A DNA stretch of 39,289 nt from positions 1 through 39,289 of the IMG/VR virus record IMGVR_UViG_3300032272_000040; one strand, 5' to 3'. The number at the start of each line of letters is the position of its first letter. The stretch's first letter is position 1. A program made the translations under genes and the position numbers. The DNA comes from a virus. Taxonomy: Duplodnaviria; Caudoviricetes. Positions 27,695-37,005 of this stretch are shown one piece after another. Below the pieces are notes generated by a model, which was given only the letters and a program-made list of their open reading frames with translations, was not told the DNA's origin and searched no databases.

Positions 27695-28736
27695 ATTTGT
27701 ACAAGAGCGTTCGATACGCACGATACAGGAACACCCTAACGCCGATAGCTTGGCTATTATTAAGGTGGGGTCATTTCAAATCGTCCACTCTTTAGAGGAG
27801 GCTAAGAAGTTGCGGGTTGGGCAACTGGTTCTACATTTTCCAACTGACATCTGCATTGATCCTGATAAGGCTGTTGAGCTAGGTGTGGATACTTATTGTC
27901 GATCAGTTGATTACAAGGGGCAAGGTAAAGCCAAGTGCCGGATTGTCGCAGCACGTTTACGTGGGGCACCATCATACGGTTTCATCAAGGTGGACTATGA
28001 AAAGACGTTAGACTACGACGAGCACTACGGTGTGTGGAAGTATGAGCCACCCGAACCAAGTACTAATGGTAGCCGGGAACGGTACTCACACCCTGAGTTT
28101 CCTAAGTACACTAAGATGAAAAGAATTCAGCTTGACCCTGGTGCATGGACTGTTAACCTCCCTGTACGGGTCACTGAAAAGCTTCACGGTCAGAACTGCC
28201 GCCTGGGAGTGGTTCGAGAGAACGGCGAATGGCGGTTCATGGTGGGCAGTCACAACGTGATCCTCAAGAACCAAGAGGGTAACCCATTCTGGCAGTTACT
28301 TGATGAGAAGGTTATGACTCTGCTCAATGAATTGTGCAACGGTGAAAACCCCGTCGTCATCTTTGGTGAGAGGCTTGGGAAAGGTGTCCAAGATATGGAC
28401 TATGGTTTTGAAACACCGACACTGCGTGTGTTTGATATCATGGTCAATGGTGAGTACTTAGATTGGGATCTTGTGCAGGCTCACTGTGAACACGCGGGTG
28501 TGCTGACAGTGCCTCTGTTGTATGAAGGTGGTTTCTCCTGGTGTATGGTGGACAACATGACTGATGGTCAGAGTGTCCTACAACATCCCGATAGGTATCT
28601 TTCCAAATTCAAAGGACGGGAAGGTATTGTTATCACACCTCTTAAAGAGACAGTGGATGCACGTGGAAATCGTTTGATTGCAAAATCAATCAGTGCTGAC
28701 TATGAGTCCCGAAAAGGCGGAACGGAATATCATTAA
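27681..28736 (+). CDS. RNA ligase (DRB0094/Rnl2-like)
   Basis: N-terminal IQEHPNADSL, motif I TEKLHG, FGE, FDI, REGIVI and AKSIS. Confidence 0.88.
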   Translation: MSQSEFVQERSIRTIQEHPNADSLAIIKVGSFQIVHSLEEAKKLRVGQLVLHFPTDICIDPDKAVELGVDTYCRSVDYKGQGKAKCRIVAARLRGAPSYGFIKVDYEKTLDYDEHYGVWKYEPPEPSTNGSRERYSHPEFPKYTKMKRIQLDPGAWTVNLPVRVTEKLHGQNCRLGVVRENGEWRFMVGSHNVILKNQEGNPFWQLLDEKVMTLLNELCNGENPVVIFGERLGKGVQDMDYGFETPTLRVFDIMVNGEYLDWDLVQAHCEHAGVLTVPLLYEGGFSWCMVDNMTDGQSVLQHPDRYLSKFKGREGIVITPLKETVDARGNRLIAKSISADYESRKGGTEYH

Positions 28737-28784
28737 TGAATATTGCATTCGATGTATCAAATAGTTTAATTACAAGGAGCGGAG

Positions 28785-29024
28785 ATGTCCGACCATCCTA
28801 CACACAACGAAGCATCTACTTGGATAGTCTGCGTTGTAGTGCTCAAGACAAAGAGACCGCGAACCTACAAGAACTTCTACCTGGGTGTATCGGGTTCGAG
28901 GGAGGATGCGGAGATTCTTCAAGAGAGGATAGCGAAGAAGGGTTTTAGGTCAGGGGAAGATCGTTACTTTCCAGATCAAATTGAAACCCTTTCGTTGAAA
29001 CAAGGAGATAATAAGAATGAGTAA
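28785..29024 (+). CDS. Hypothetical protein
   Basis: 79 aa with a strong SD (AAGGAG), overlapping the next start. Confidence 0.6.
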   Translation: MSDHPTHNEASTWIVCVVVLKTKRPRTYKNFYLGVSGSREDAEILQERIAKKGFRSGEDRYFPDQIETLSLKQGDNKNE

Positions 29025-29985
29025 GTATCCTGATTTCATTTCCGATGAGATTGATTCCGCTCTCAGTGATTTTCCAGAGATTCCTACACGTACTTTGGCT
29101 AAGAGGATTTATAACGACCATAAGAAATTCTTCAAAGATATCGAACAGGTCCGCTCTGCCATCCGCAGACGGCGTGGAAATGGGGGTAAGCAAACAAGAG
29201 GTGGGCGTCACGAACGTCCTAATCAAAAGGCGGGGTGGAAACCTAAGATTCCACCATCGCAAGCGAAAGATTGGGTACCCCATGTAATCAAAGGTCCTGA
29301 ACGAATCGCGGTCATCAGCGATGTACATATTCCATACCATAGTGAAAAGGCTTTAAAGAAGTGGTATGCGGATGCTAGTGAATATGAACCCAGTACCATC
29401 CTATTAAACGGAGACACGTTGGACTTTTACAGACTGTCAAGGTTTGAAAAAGACCCACGGATGAGGGACACAGCATATGAAATCGACGCAGTACACGAAT
29501 TCCTTGATTGGCTTGCAGCTAACTTCGAAGCAGATATTATTTGGAAGGACGGGAACCACGACGAACGATGGGCAAAATACTTGTTCAACCACGCTCCGGA
29601 GTTTTCTCGGTTTGAAAAGTTTGAATTGCAATCGATCCTTGAACTCAAAGAAAGAGGGATCACATATGTAACAGACAAGCGAGTCGTCATGGCAGGGAGC
29701 CTACCGGTTCTACATGGACATGAGATGCAAGGTTCATCTGCCGTTAGTCCCGCACGGGCTATGGCAGCAAAACTTGGTAACTCGGGTGTCCAGTCACATT
29801 GTCATCGGTCATCTCAATACTTTGAGAGAAACATTTTCGGTGATTGGATGAAATGCTTTTCCACAGGTTGCCTGTGTGAGTTGAATCCAGACTTTGCTCG
29901 TGTAAACAAGTGGAATCATGGTTACGCTTTCATTGATGTTTACGAAGACGGTTCTTTTGAAATGAAAAATGTGGTACTTGATTAA
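29017..29985 (+). CDS. Calcineurin-like metallophosphoesterase
   Basis: Motifs SDVHIP, NGDTLD, GNHD, HGH and SHCH. Confidence 0.88.
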   Translation: MSKYPDFISDEIDSALSDFPEIPTRTLAKRIYNDHKKFFKDIEQVRSAIRRRRGNGGKQTRGGRHERPNQKAGWKPKIPPSQAKDWVPHVIKGPERIAVISDVHIPYHSEKALKKWYADASEYEPSTILLNGDTLDFYRLSRFEKDPRMRDTAYEIDAVHEFLDWLAANFEADIIWKDGNHDERWAKYLFNHAPEFSRFEKFELQSILELKERGITYVTDKRVVMAGSLPVLHGHEMQGSSAVSPARAMAAKLGNSGVQSHCHRSSQYFERNIFGDWMKCFSTGCLCELNPDFARVNKWNHGYAFIDVYEDGSFEMKNVVLD

Positions 29986-30506
29986 TGGCATATGCACTAG
30001 CAGGAAAGAAGCGTTCGTTTTATTTCATGGCAAACCCCCGCACCGGGAGCACGTCTGTCGCTAACGCACTGACGACTATGGGGGCTGTTCCCAAAGGTGA
30101 TCACCACGACGACTGGGATGTAATCTTACCAGATAGCATTGTGGCTCAGACTGTGAGACATCATTGCGATGTGTTGGTATCGTTCTGGTTTAAGTCTCAG
30201 ATCGGTAGTGACTTCACAAAGTTCGTAGAAGCAGTGTTAGGTGGTGAGTATTACTGGCTCCCGTCAACTGGTTTCTACAACCGGTGGGGTGATAAGGTCA
30301 ATTGTATCTTGCGGTACGAGACCCTTGAGTATGAATTGAACAACGCTCTTTCCTGCTGTGGTATTCCGCCAGTCAAATTAGAACGGACTGTTACTCGTAG
30401 GAGTTCGGACGTTTCTTGGCAGAGCCTATTCTCGATGAGTCTGTATGAGAAAGTCGCTGATCACTATCACGCTGAAATGAAGGAATTTGGGTATGGCTAT
30501 AGTTAA
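29985..30506 (+). CDS. Sulfotransferase-family protein 1
   Basis: 5'-PSB-like NPRTGSTS, 3'-PB-like VRHHCDVLVS, and LRYETL. Confidence 0.7.
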   Translation: MAYALAGKKRSFYFMANPRTGSTSVANALTTMGAVPKGDHHDDWDVILPDSIVAQTVRHHCDVLVSFWFKSQIGSDFTKFVEAVLGGEYYWLPSTGFYNRWGDKVNCILRYETLEYELNNALSCCGIPPVKLERTVTRRSSDVSWQSLFSMSLYEKVADHYHAEMKEFGYGYS

Positions 30507-31110
30507 TGTTCATCAGAAATGGATCTACTTGATGGAGCCCCACACCGCAAGTAGGGCTGTCAATGATTACTTGATGGCGAATAAGATGGGTTCCAAGATT
30601 GGTCATCACCATATTGGAATCCCTGAACTGACTGACCGTAGGCGACAGCACATCACAGTCGATATTTCTCAGTACAAGATCATATGTACGGTAAGAAACC
30701 CCTTCGATGTTCTCGTCACTCAATGGAAACACAGTCAGCAAAAGGTTGAATTCATAGAGTGGATGGAGAAGGCAGTCAATAGTGATACACTTGCTGCCAC
30801 GCCTCTCATGGGACTATGGAGACAATGTAATACCTTTGTGTATTATGAGCACCTCAATGAAGATTTGTCAACAGTATTCGGACGCAAGATTGAACTTGAC
30901 CGCAATCCCGCCCATAAGACCGAGGGTAAGCGACCCTGGTTGGATTACTGGTGTCAGGACTTGAAGCTATTAGATACCCTGTATGCTAAGTACTCAGAGT
31001 TCAATAGTATGTTTGGTTACCGGTTGACATATGATACGGACCTTGGTGTCGTGATGGGCATTGACCAAGAGACAAGGGAAAAGCGATGCAGGAGTATATC
31101 GGGTGGGTAG
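30493..31110 (+). CDS. Sulfotransferase-family protein 2
   Basis: EPHTASRA, TVRNPFDVLVT and YYEHLNEDL. Confidence 0.7.
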   Translation: MAIVNVHQKWIYLMEPHTASRAVNDYLMANKMGSKIGHHHIGIPELTDRRRQHITVDISQYKIICTVRNPFDVLVTQWKHSQQKVEFIEWMEKAVNSDTLAATPLMGLWRQCNTFVYYEHLNEDLSTVFGRKIELDRNPAHKTEGKRPWLDYWCQDLKLLDTLYAKYSEFNSMFGYRLTYDTDLGVVMGIDQETREKRCRSISGG

Positions 31111-31304
31111 CTAATTTTCTGCTGATCCTCTGCTCTTGGAGGATTGCTTATAAAGAACGATGGGCACTGTTAGCAGGTGCCACTGGTGGTTTTCTATGGG
31201 CTTTCAAAGCCATATGTACCTGCCAGTGGGACCTTCTTTTTATTGAGATCGTGTTAAGTTCTTTGCAGATATGGGCTTATGTCAAGTGGGGAAAATCAGA
31301 ATAA
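31086..31304 (+). CDS. Small membrane protein with about three helices (half-PnuC/SemiSWEET-like)
   Basis: 72 aa with three hydrophobic segments and a C-terminal WAYVKW. Confidence 0.55.
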   Translation: MQEYIGWVANFLLILCSWRIAYKERWALLAGATGGFLWAFKAICTCQWDLLFIEIVLSSLQIWAYVKWGKSE

Positions 31305-31327
31305 TCAGAATAATTGGTATTTTCTAC

Positions 31328-31356
31328 TTGACTTTACTTCGTTTAGGTGGTATACT
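31328..31356 (+). promoter_or_regulatory. sigma70-type promoter, probably giving a leaderless transcript
   Basis: TTGACT-N17-TATACT with TGG. ATG at 31362 has no SD. Confidence 0.7.
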
Positions 31357-31361
31357 TTATT

Positions 31362-32147
31362 ATGAAGTTAGCGGATACTCAGTATGATGTGTTTAATATC
31401 CCTATTCACGAGATTTGGGTTGATGATGATTTTAATTGTCGTCAGGGTATTACCCGCGAATCTCTGAGGGAGTTAATCAACTCTATAGACGAGAATGGGT
31501 TATCTTTCCCAATCGGCGTTCAGCCTATTGAGGAAACCTCCTACGCTCCTCAAGGATTTAAATGGAAGCTCATCTACGGTTTTCGCCGCTTGTCCTCAGT
31601 TAAGGTATTGGGATGGGAAGTAATACCCGCCTATGTTCACCAGGGATTAACGGAGCATCAAGCTTCTTTTTTAAATCTAAACGAGAATCTAGCTCGAAAA
31701 GATCTAAACATTCTTGAAGAGGCGATAGCTATAGATAAGATGTTTCCAGTGTACAGAACAATTAAATCCATCGCACTGGAATTAAACCAATCAGAACATT
31801 GGGTGGCGATGAGACGAAAGCTTCTCCTTTACTCAGAGTTCATACAAAAGGCGGCAGCATCCGGCAGGCTATCCGAATCACAACTGAAGGTAATTTACAC
31901 CTCTCATGACCCCGATGAAAAAGCCGCAGAGATTTTGCGAGCAAAGAGAGGTGAGAAGACGAGAGTCACACATTCCAGAACTTACAGAAAGAAGAGTGAG
32001 GTTAAGGACCTAACTACAAAGTTGTTGAAGGAAGGTTTTAATCCCAATCTTCTCAGAATCCTAAGTTGGTGTATCGGTGAGGTTGATGAGGCAACTTTAA
32101 ACCAAGCATTAAGCTGGCTCAGGGATAGGAAAGGTTATTTGAAATGA
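31362..32147 (+). CDS. ParB/Spo0J-like protein 2
   Basis: SIDENGLSFPIGV, LIYGFRRL, ENLARKDLNILEEA and an HTH. Confidence 0.88.
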   Translation: MKLADTQYDVFNIPIHEIWVDDDFNCRQGITRESLRELINSIDENGLSFPIGVQPIEETSYAPQGFKWKLIYGFRRLSSVKVLGWEVIPAYVHQGLTEHQASFLNLNENLARKDLNILEEAIAIDKMFPVYRTIKSIALELNQSEHWVAMRRKLLLYSEFIQKAAASGRLSESQLKVIYTSHDPDEKAAEILRAKRGEKTRVTHSRTYRKKSEVKDLTTKLLKEGFNPNLLRILSWCIGEVDEATLNQALSWLRDRKGYLK

Positions 32148-32539
32148 CACCTGAGATGAGAAAGAGTGAACTGAAAGGATTTGAGAGGCTACAAAATGAA
32201 CTTGGAGGTATCATACCCTCCAAGCTGAGGGACAAGCAGACACTACTGATCGAGACATCACTTTGGATGTACAAACTGAAAGTGATGGACACGACCCTGG
32301 GTCGGCGGTTCACCTTAGAAACTCAGTCACCTTTGTGCAAGACCAGCGAAGTTATCGTTCACATGCACGCACATCTTCCTAAGTTGAAATACGAGAAAAA
32401 AGATTGGATTGGAAAAGGAATGAAGCTTGTCTTCAAATTCACTGATGGAAACAGTGTAATGATTGGAGATGTTAAAAGCGTAGTCATCGGTGGAATTGGA
32501 GAAGACGGTAATGAGTATAGTTTCGATTTCTGGCAGTGA
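32144..32539 (+). CDS. Hypothetical protein
   Basis: 131 aa with an ATGA overlap. Confidence 0.65.
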   Translation: MTPEMRKSELKGFERLQNELGGIIPSKLRDKQTLLIETSLWMYKLKVMDTTLGRRFTLETQSPLCKTSEVIVHMHAHLPKLKYEKKDWIGKGMKLVFKFTDGNSVMIGDVKSVVIGGIGEDGNEYSFDFWQ

Positions 32540-35060
32540 GTCATACCAAAAGTTACTGAATACCTCTCGTGAACTAGTTTTCTATGATTCGGAGACCTGT
32601 GGGCTTCACGGGATGATGGTCTTACTCCAGTTTGCAGTTGGTAAAGACGGCGACATTGTCTTGTATGAGATCTGGAAAGAGAGAGTTGACAAGACTCTGG
32701 AACTTCTTGAAGCGATGATGAATCACGTGCTCGTGGGATTTAATCTCAGCTTTGACCACTTTCATGTGCAGAAGATTCATTCGATCTGGAGTATGCTCCC
32801 AGGGGATTGGATTCCTGAGGAACACATTGACGAGATCGCAGAGATCGAACCAGAAGCGAGGATGTCCGATTGTATTAAACCCTACTCGGCTATGGATCTA
32901 CTTCTACATAGCCGCAAGGGTCCATACCAGTCCCTGATGGCTCGAAAGGATATCAGGATCAAGTCTATCCCACTGGCACCAGTCGATTGGAAAGGTCATG
33001 TGATGCCTCTGGCTTACGCTCTGGCATCATACCTCGAAGACACAGTAGAGATGGATGGTATTTACTTCGCCCGTACACACGATCCTGATGCCCCACGATG
33101 GACTGTGATGGACAGAGAGAAGAACGGCGTAGTTGACAAGGAGTTCGCTGACGTTGTGCTGAGGTTCAACGCTGATGGTTCTCTTAAATCACTTGCTCAA
33201 CACGCACTAAAGATTCCGCCTAAGTATAAGTTCGATGATATTGAATTGGATAAGAAGCATCGTCCCCAGGAACTTGGCTATGCCCCGTTAGCTAAGGCGT
33301 TGTCGAGTAAGGAAAAGAACTGGGAATACTGGGAATGGGATAAAGACACTGGTAAGGACAAGTTGAAAGGATATGTTTGGCCGGGCGTCATCCGAAAGCA
33401 TATCGAGCATTGGAGTGACAATGAACCTGCACGTGAATATGCTAACGATGATATCGTGTACACTCGCGGGCTCTACTACCACTTCGACGAACCAGAACAC
33501 GGTGACCGGGATTCGATCCTAGCCTGTATGGTGGCGAGTGTTAGATGGCATGGGTTTGTTATTGACGAGAACGGACTTCGTGACTTGCGTCTACAGTCCG
33601 AAGAAGTAGTTAAACAGGCTCCCATTAATACCAACAAACCACCAGTGATCAGGACATACATCAACGAGATGTGTGATGACATGGAAGCATCGTTCTTAGA
33701 AGAGACAACTAAGAAAGCTAAGCTGGAAGAAATGTCTCAGTGGATGATTCAAGAGGAAGAGGAATGTTTGAAGTGCATGGCGGGTTTGGAACCTGATTGC
33801 CCTCGCTGTAACGAAGGTATGTTACCGGTGGGAATGCATCCGGCAGCACTTCGTGCTCAAGAGATTTTAGGTATCAAGACCGCGAAGAAGCAAGTAGAAC
33901 TATACGACAAGCTACTGATGGCGGGTCGTTTCCATGCTTCTTTCAAAGTGATCGGAACTATGTCCAGTCGAATGGCGGGTGGGGATGGTTTGAATGCACA
34001 AGGTATCAATCACGACTTTGAAGTACGTAGCCGATTCCCACTCATGTGGGAGGGGTACAAACTGTGTGGTGGTGACTTTGACTCTTTTGAAGTTACTATC
34101 GCAGACGCCGTTTACAATGATCTTGATTTACGGACGGCGATTGTCACCGGTCAAAAGCTACATGGTCTATTCGGGACACTAATGTTCCCTGGGTATACCT
34201 ATGAACAGATTTTAGACAGTGACGAGAATGAACACGACTATGAATTTGGCAACATGTATGGGAAAGCCAAATCGGGTGTGTTCGCAATGATCTATGGTGG
34301 TAATGCTTCGACCCTAAATAGGAATCTAGGTATTCCTATGGAAGTCGCAGAGAAGGCTTATGCGGAGTGGGGCAGGATGTTCCCAGGTATTGAGCGGTCA
34401 CGCCAAAGGATTATTAATTTGTTTCAACCTCTTTTGCAAGAAGGTGGGATTGGTACTCAAATCGTATGGAACGAACCACAAGAGTATGTGGAGTCGTTCC
34501 TTGGTTTCAGACGTTACTTCACTCTTGAGTATAAGATCGTGAGGGCACTGTTTGATCTTGCCAACAACATGCCTAATGCCTGGAGGAAGTGTGAGGTTCC
34601 TGTACTACGAAGTGAGAGACGTGGCGTTCAGAAAGCTTGGGGTGCATTATCCTCTGCTCTCTTTGGTGCTGCATTCGGGATCGCTGAGAGCATTGTACGT
34701 GCCTCTGCTAACCATGAAGTGCAATCGCCGGGCGCGGAGATCACTAAGGAGACTCAAGTTGCAATCTGGTCGCTACAGCCAAGCGGAGTTCATGAATGGA
34801 TCGTAGCACCAATGAACATTCACGATGAGATCATCTCAGTCACCCACCCTGACTATGTTGATGCCCAGGCTGAGATAGTCAAAGAGAAGGTCGAATCATA
34901 TCGTGAGAAGGTGCCTTTGATCGGAATGAAGTGGTGTACTGATATGGAGAACTGGGCACAGAAGAAAGGAGGTGATGAGGCACCCATCGTTCACATCACC
35001 TATGACAAAGAAGCAATCCTAGAAGAATTAAAAGAGGGCATAGATGCCATCACACATTAA
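32511..35060 (+). CDS. polA: Family A DNA polymerase with a 3'-5' exonuclease domain
   Basis: Exonuclease motifs YDSET, GFNLSFD and YANDD. Polymerase motif A DFDSFE, motif B AKSGVFAMIYG, motif C IHDE. Confidence 0.9.
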   Translation: MSIVSISGSESYQKLLNTSRELVFYDSETCGLHGMMVLLQFAVGKDGDIVLYEIWKERVDKTLELLEAMMNHVLVGFNLSFDHFHVQKIHSIWSMLPGDWIPEEHIDEIAEIEPEARMSDCIKPYSAMDLLLHSRKGPYQSLMARKDIRIKSIPLAPVDWKGHVMPLAYALASYLEDTVEMDGIYFARTHDPDAPRWTVMDREKNGVVDKEFADVVLRFNADGSLKSLAQHALKIPPKYKFDDIELDKKHRPQELGYAPLAKALSSKEKNWEYWEWDKDTGKDKLKGYVWPGVIRKHIEHWSDNEPAREYANDDIVYTRGLYYHFDEPEHGDRDSILACMVASVRWHGFVIDENGLRDLRLQSEEVVKQAPINTNKPPVIRTYINEMCDDMEASFLEETTKKAKLEEMSQWMIQEEEECLKCMAGLEPDCPRCNEGMLPVGMHPAALRAQEILGIKTAKKQVELYDKLLMAGRFHASFKVIGTMSSRMAGGDGLNAQGINHDFEVRSRFPLMWEGYKLCGGDFDSFEVTIADAVYNDLDLRTAIVTGQKLHGLFGTLMFPGYTYEQILDSDENEHDYEFGNMYGKAKSGVFAMIYGGNASTLNRNLGIPMEVAEKAYAEWGRMFPGIERSRQRIINLFQPLLQEGGIGTQIVWNEPQEYVESFLGFRRYFTLEYKIVRALFDLANNMPNAWRKCEVPVLRSERRGVQKAWGALSSALFGAAFGIAESIVRASANHEVQSPGAEITKETQVAIWSLQPSGVHEWIVAPMNIHDEIISVTHPDYVDAQAEIVKEKVESYREKVPLIGMKWCTDMENWAQKKGGDEAPIVHITYDKEAILEELKEGIDAITH

Positions 35061-36993
35061 GGAACTACCAAAAGGATTCATCGAATCCTATTCTAATAAA
35101 CGGGTACCTTGGGGTCCATGCGGGTTCGTCGTCTACAAGAGAACCTACTCAAGACTGATTGAAGACTTAGGGAGGACTGAAGAGTGGCATGAGACGGTCG
35201 GACGATGTACGAATGGGATCCTCAAGTTGGGTGGCTTGTTCACGCAGGAGGAAGCACAGAAGCTTTATGACCACGTGTTCAACCTACGAATGTCGTTTAG
35301 CGGGCGGGCGCTTTGGCAACTCGGTACTAACAACATGGACCGGATTGGATCGGACTCGCTTCAGAACTGTTGGGCAGTCGCAGTTAATGATCCAATTGAC
35401 CCGTTCTGCTTCACTTTCAACCAGTTAATGTTGGGAGGTGGTGTTGGTTTTAACATCACCCCTGAAGAAGTTTATAGTTTACCAACCGTAGAATTTAGTC
35501 CGGATATCAAACATGTTCAGTCCTATGATTGTGACTTCATCGTCCCCGATAACAGAGAAGGATGGGTTAAACTTCTGGGAAGAGTACTCAAAGCCTTTTT
35601 CTACACTGGAAGACGTGTCCACTATTGCACCCGAGGTCTCCGCTCCCGTGGGGAACCGATTAAAACGTTTGGTGGGACAGCTAGTGGAGATGTCGACCTC
35701 GTATGGGGAATCGAAAAGATTTGTGATATTCTGCGACATGCTAGAGGGCGTAAACTACGTCCAATTGAATGTCTAGATATAATGAACATCATCGGCAAGA
35801 TTGTTGTTGCCGGTAACGTTCGTAGATCAGCACAGATCGCACTGGGTTGCCCTCGTGACTTGGAGTACATGGCAGCTAAGAACTGGGCGACTGGTAAGAT
35901 CCCTGCTTGGCGAGCAATGTCAAACAACAGTGTAAACTGTGACGACATTGATGCTTTACCAGAAGACTTTTGGAGTGGGTACAATGGAGACGGGGAACCT
36001 TATGGATTTGTTAATCTGGGACTTTGTCGTAGCCACGGGCGTTTGGTTGATGGGTTGGACTACCGGACTGATCCTTATGTTATTGGCACTAATCCTTGTG
36101 CGGAGATAACCCTGGAGAATAAAGAACCCTGTAACCTGATGGAGCAGTTCATCTGCCGAATCAGGGACCTAAACCAATGGAAAGAAGTCGCTTACTTGAG
36201 TTACAAAGTAGCCAAGACTATTAGCATTTGGCCATTCAGCGACCCCGACACAAACGACGTTGTCCAGCGTAACCACCGACTCGGTATTAGTTGCACTGGT
36301 ATCCAACAGGCTACGTGGTGGGGTCCTGAGCACTACAATGAAGTCTACAGGCATATGGAAGAAGCAGATGAACACTACTCAAGACAGCTTGGAATATCTC
36401 GTTCCAACAAACTCACTACCGTTAAACCATCCGGTACTCTTTCTCTTCTACCCGAGTTTTATGGTGGTGTGCTTACTCCTGGTACAAATGATGGGTATTC
36501 AGAGTACCATAATAGACGGATTAGTTTTGCTGCTGAAGACCCCTTAGTAGAGAAGTCAAGAGAGAGTGGTTTTCATGTAGAACCGAAGCGAGAGTTGGAT
36601 GGTACTCAAGACCCAGGTACTATGGTAGTCACTTTTCCAGTAAAGCAAGTTGGGGGCAAATCAACTAGTGCGATAAATCAACTGAACAGACACAAGATGT
36701 TGCAAGAGTATTGGTCCGACAACGCAGTCTCGACCACCGTCTACTATAGGCGGGAGGAGTTAGATGACATTAAGACTTATTTGAGAGACAATATTAAGGA
36801 CTCAATCAAGTCAGTGTCATTCTTACTACACAGTGATCACGGATTTCAACAAGCGCCCCTAGAGGCAATCACGAAGCAGGAGTATGAGAGGGCAACGGAA
36901 GCCACGCAGAGTATTACTTCATTAACAGAAAACACTCAGACAGACCTAATTGAAGGCGTTGAGTGTGCAGGCGGACATTGTCCAATTAAGTAG
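35044..36993 (+). CDS. nrdJ: Class II (adenosylcobalamin-dependent) ribonucleotide reductase, monomeric RTPR type
   Basis: YKRTYSR, LQNC, GGGVG, GNVRRSA, TNPCAE, VKPSGT and C-terminal CAGGHCPIK. No small-subunit gene is adjacent. Confidence 0.92.
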   Translation: MPSHIKELPKGFIESYSNKRVPWGPCGFVVYKRTYSRLIEDLGRTEEWHETVGRCTNGILKLGGLFTQEEAQKLYDHVFNLRMSFSGRALWQLGTNNMDRIGSDSLQNCWAVAVNDPIDPFCFTFNQLMLGGGVGFNITPEEVYSLPTVEFSPDIKHVQSYDCDFIVPDNREGWVKLLGRVLKAFFYTGRRVHYCTRGLRSRGEPIKTFGGTASGDVDLVWGIEKICDILRHARGRKLRPIECLDIMNIIGKIVVAGNVRRSAQIALGCPRDLEYMAAKNWATGKIPAWRAMSNNSVNCDDIDALPEDFWSGYNGDGEPYGFVNLGLCRSHGRLVDGLDYRTDPYVIGTNPCAEITLENKEPCNLMEQFICRIRDLNQWKEVAYLSYKVAKTISIWPFSDPDTNDVVQRNHRLGISCTGIQQATWWGPEHYNEVYRHMEEADEHYSRQLGISRSNKLTTVKPSGTLSLLPEFYGGVLTPGTNDGYSEYHNRRISFAAEDPLVEKSRESGFHVEPKRELDGTQDPGTMVVTFPVKQVGGKSTSAINQLNRHKMLQEYWSDNAVSTTVYYRREELDDIKTYLRDNIKDSIKSVSFLLHSDHGFQQAPLEAITKQEYERATEATQSITSLTENTQTDLIEGVECAGGHCPIK

Positions 36994-37005
36994 GAGAACA
37001 CAAAC

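Noticed and set aside
28736-28948. 70-aa ORF coupled to the RNA ligase stop
   Set aside because: It overlaps 28785-29024, which has a stronger SD and couples to the next gene. It is not fully excluded.
14053-35060. Definite 2-aminoadenine (Z) genome
   Set aside because: No PurZ-like gene is present in the window, so the evidence is only circumstantial.
25688-36993. Inteins or introns in the helicase, polymerase or RNR
   Set aside because: Lengths are ordinary and I saw no intein splice-junction or LAGLIDADG motifs. The insertions look like Zn-ribbons.
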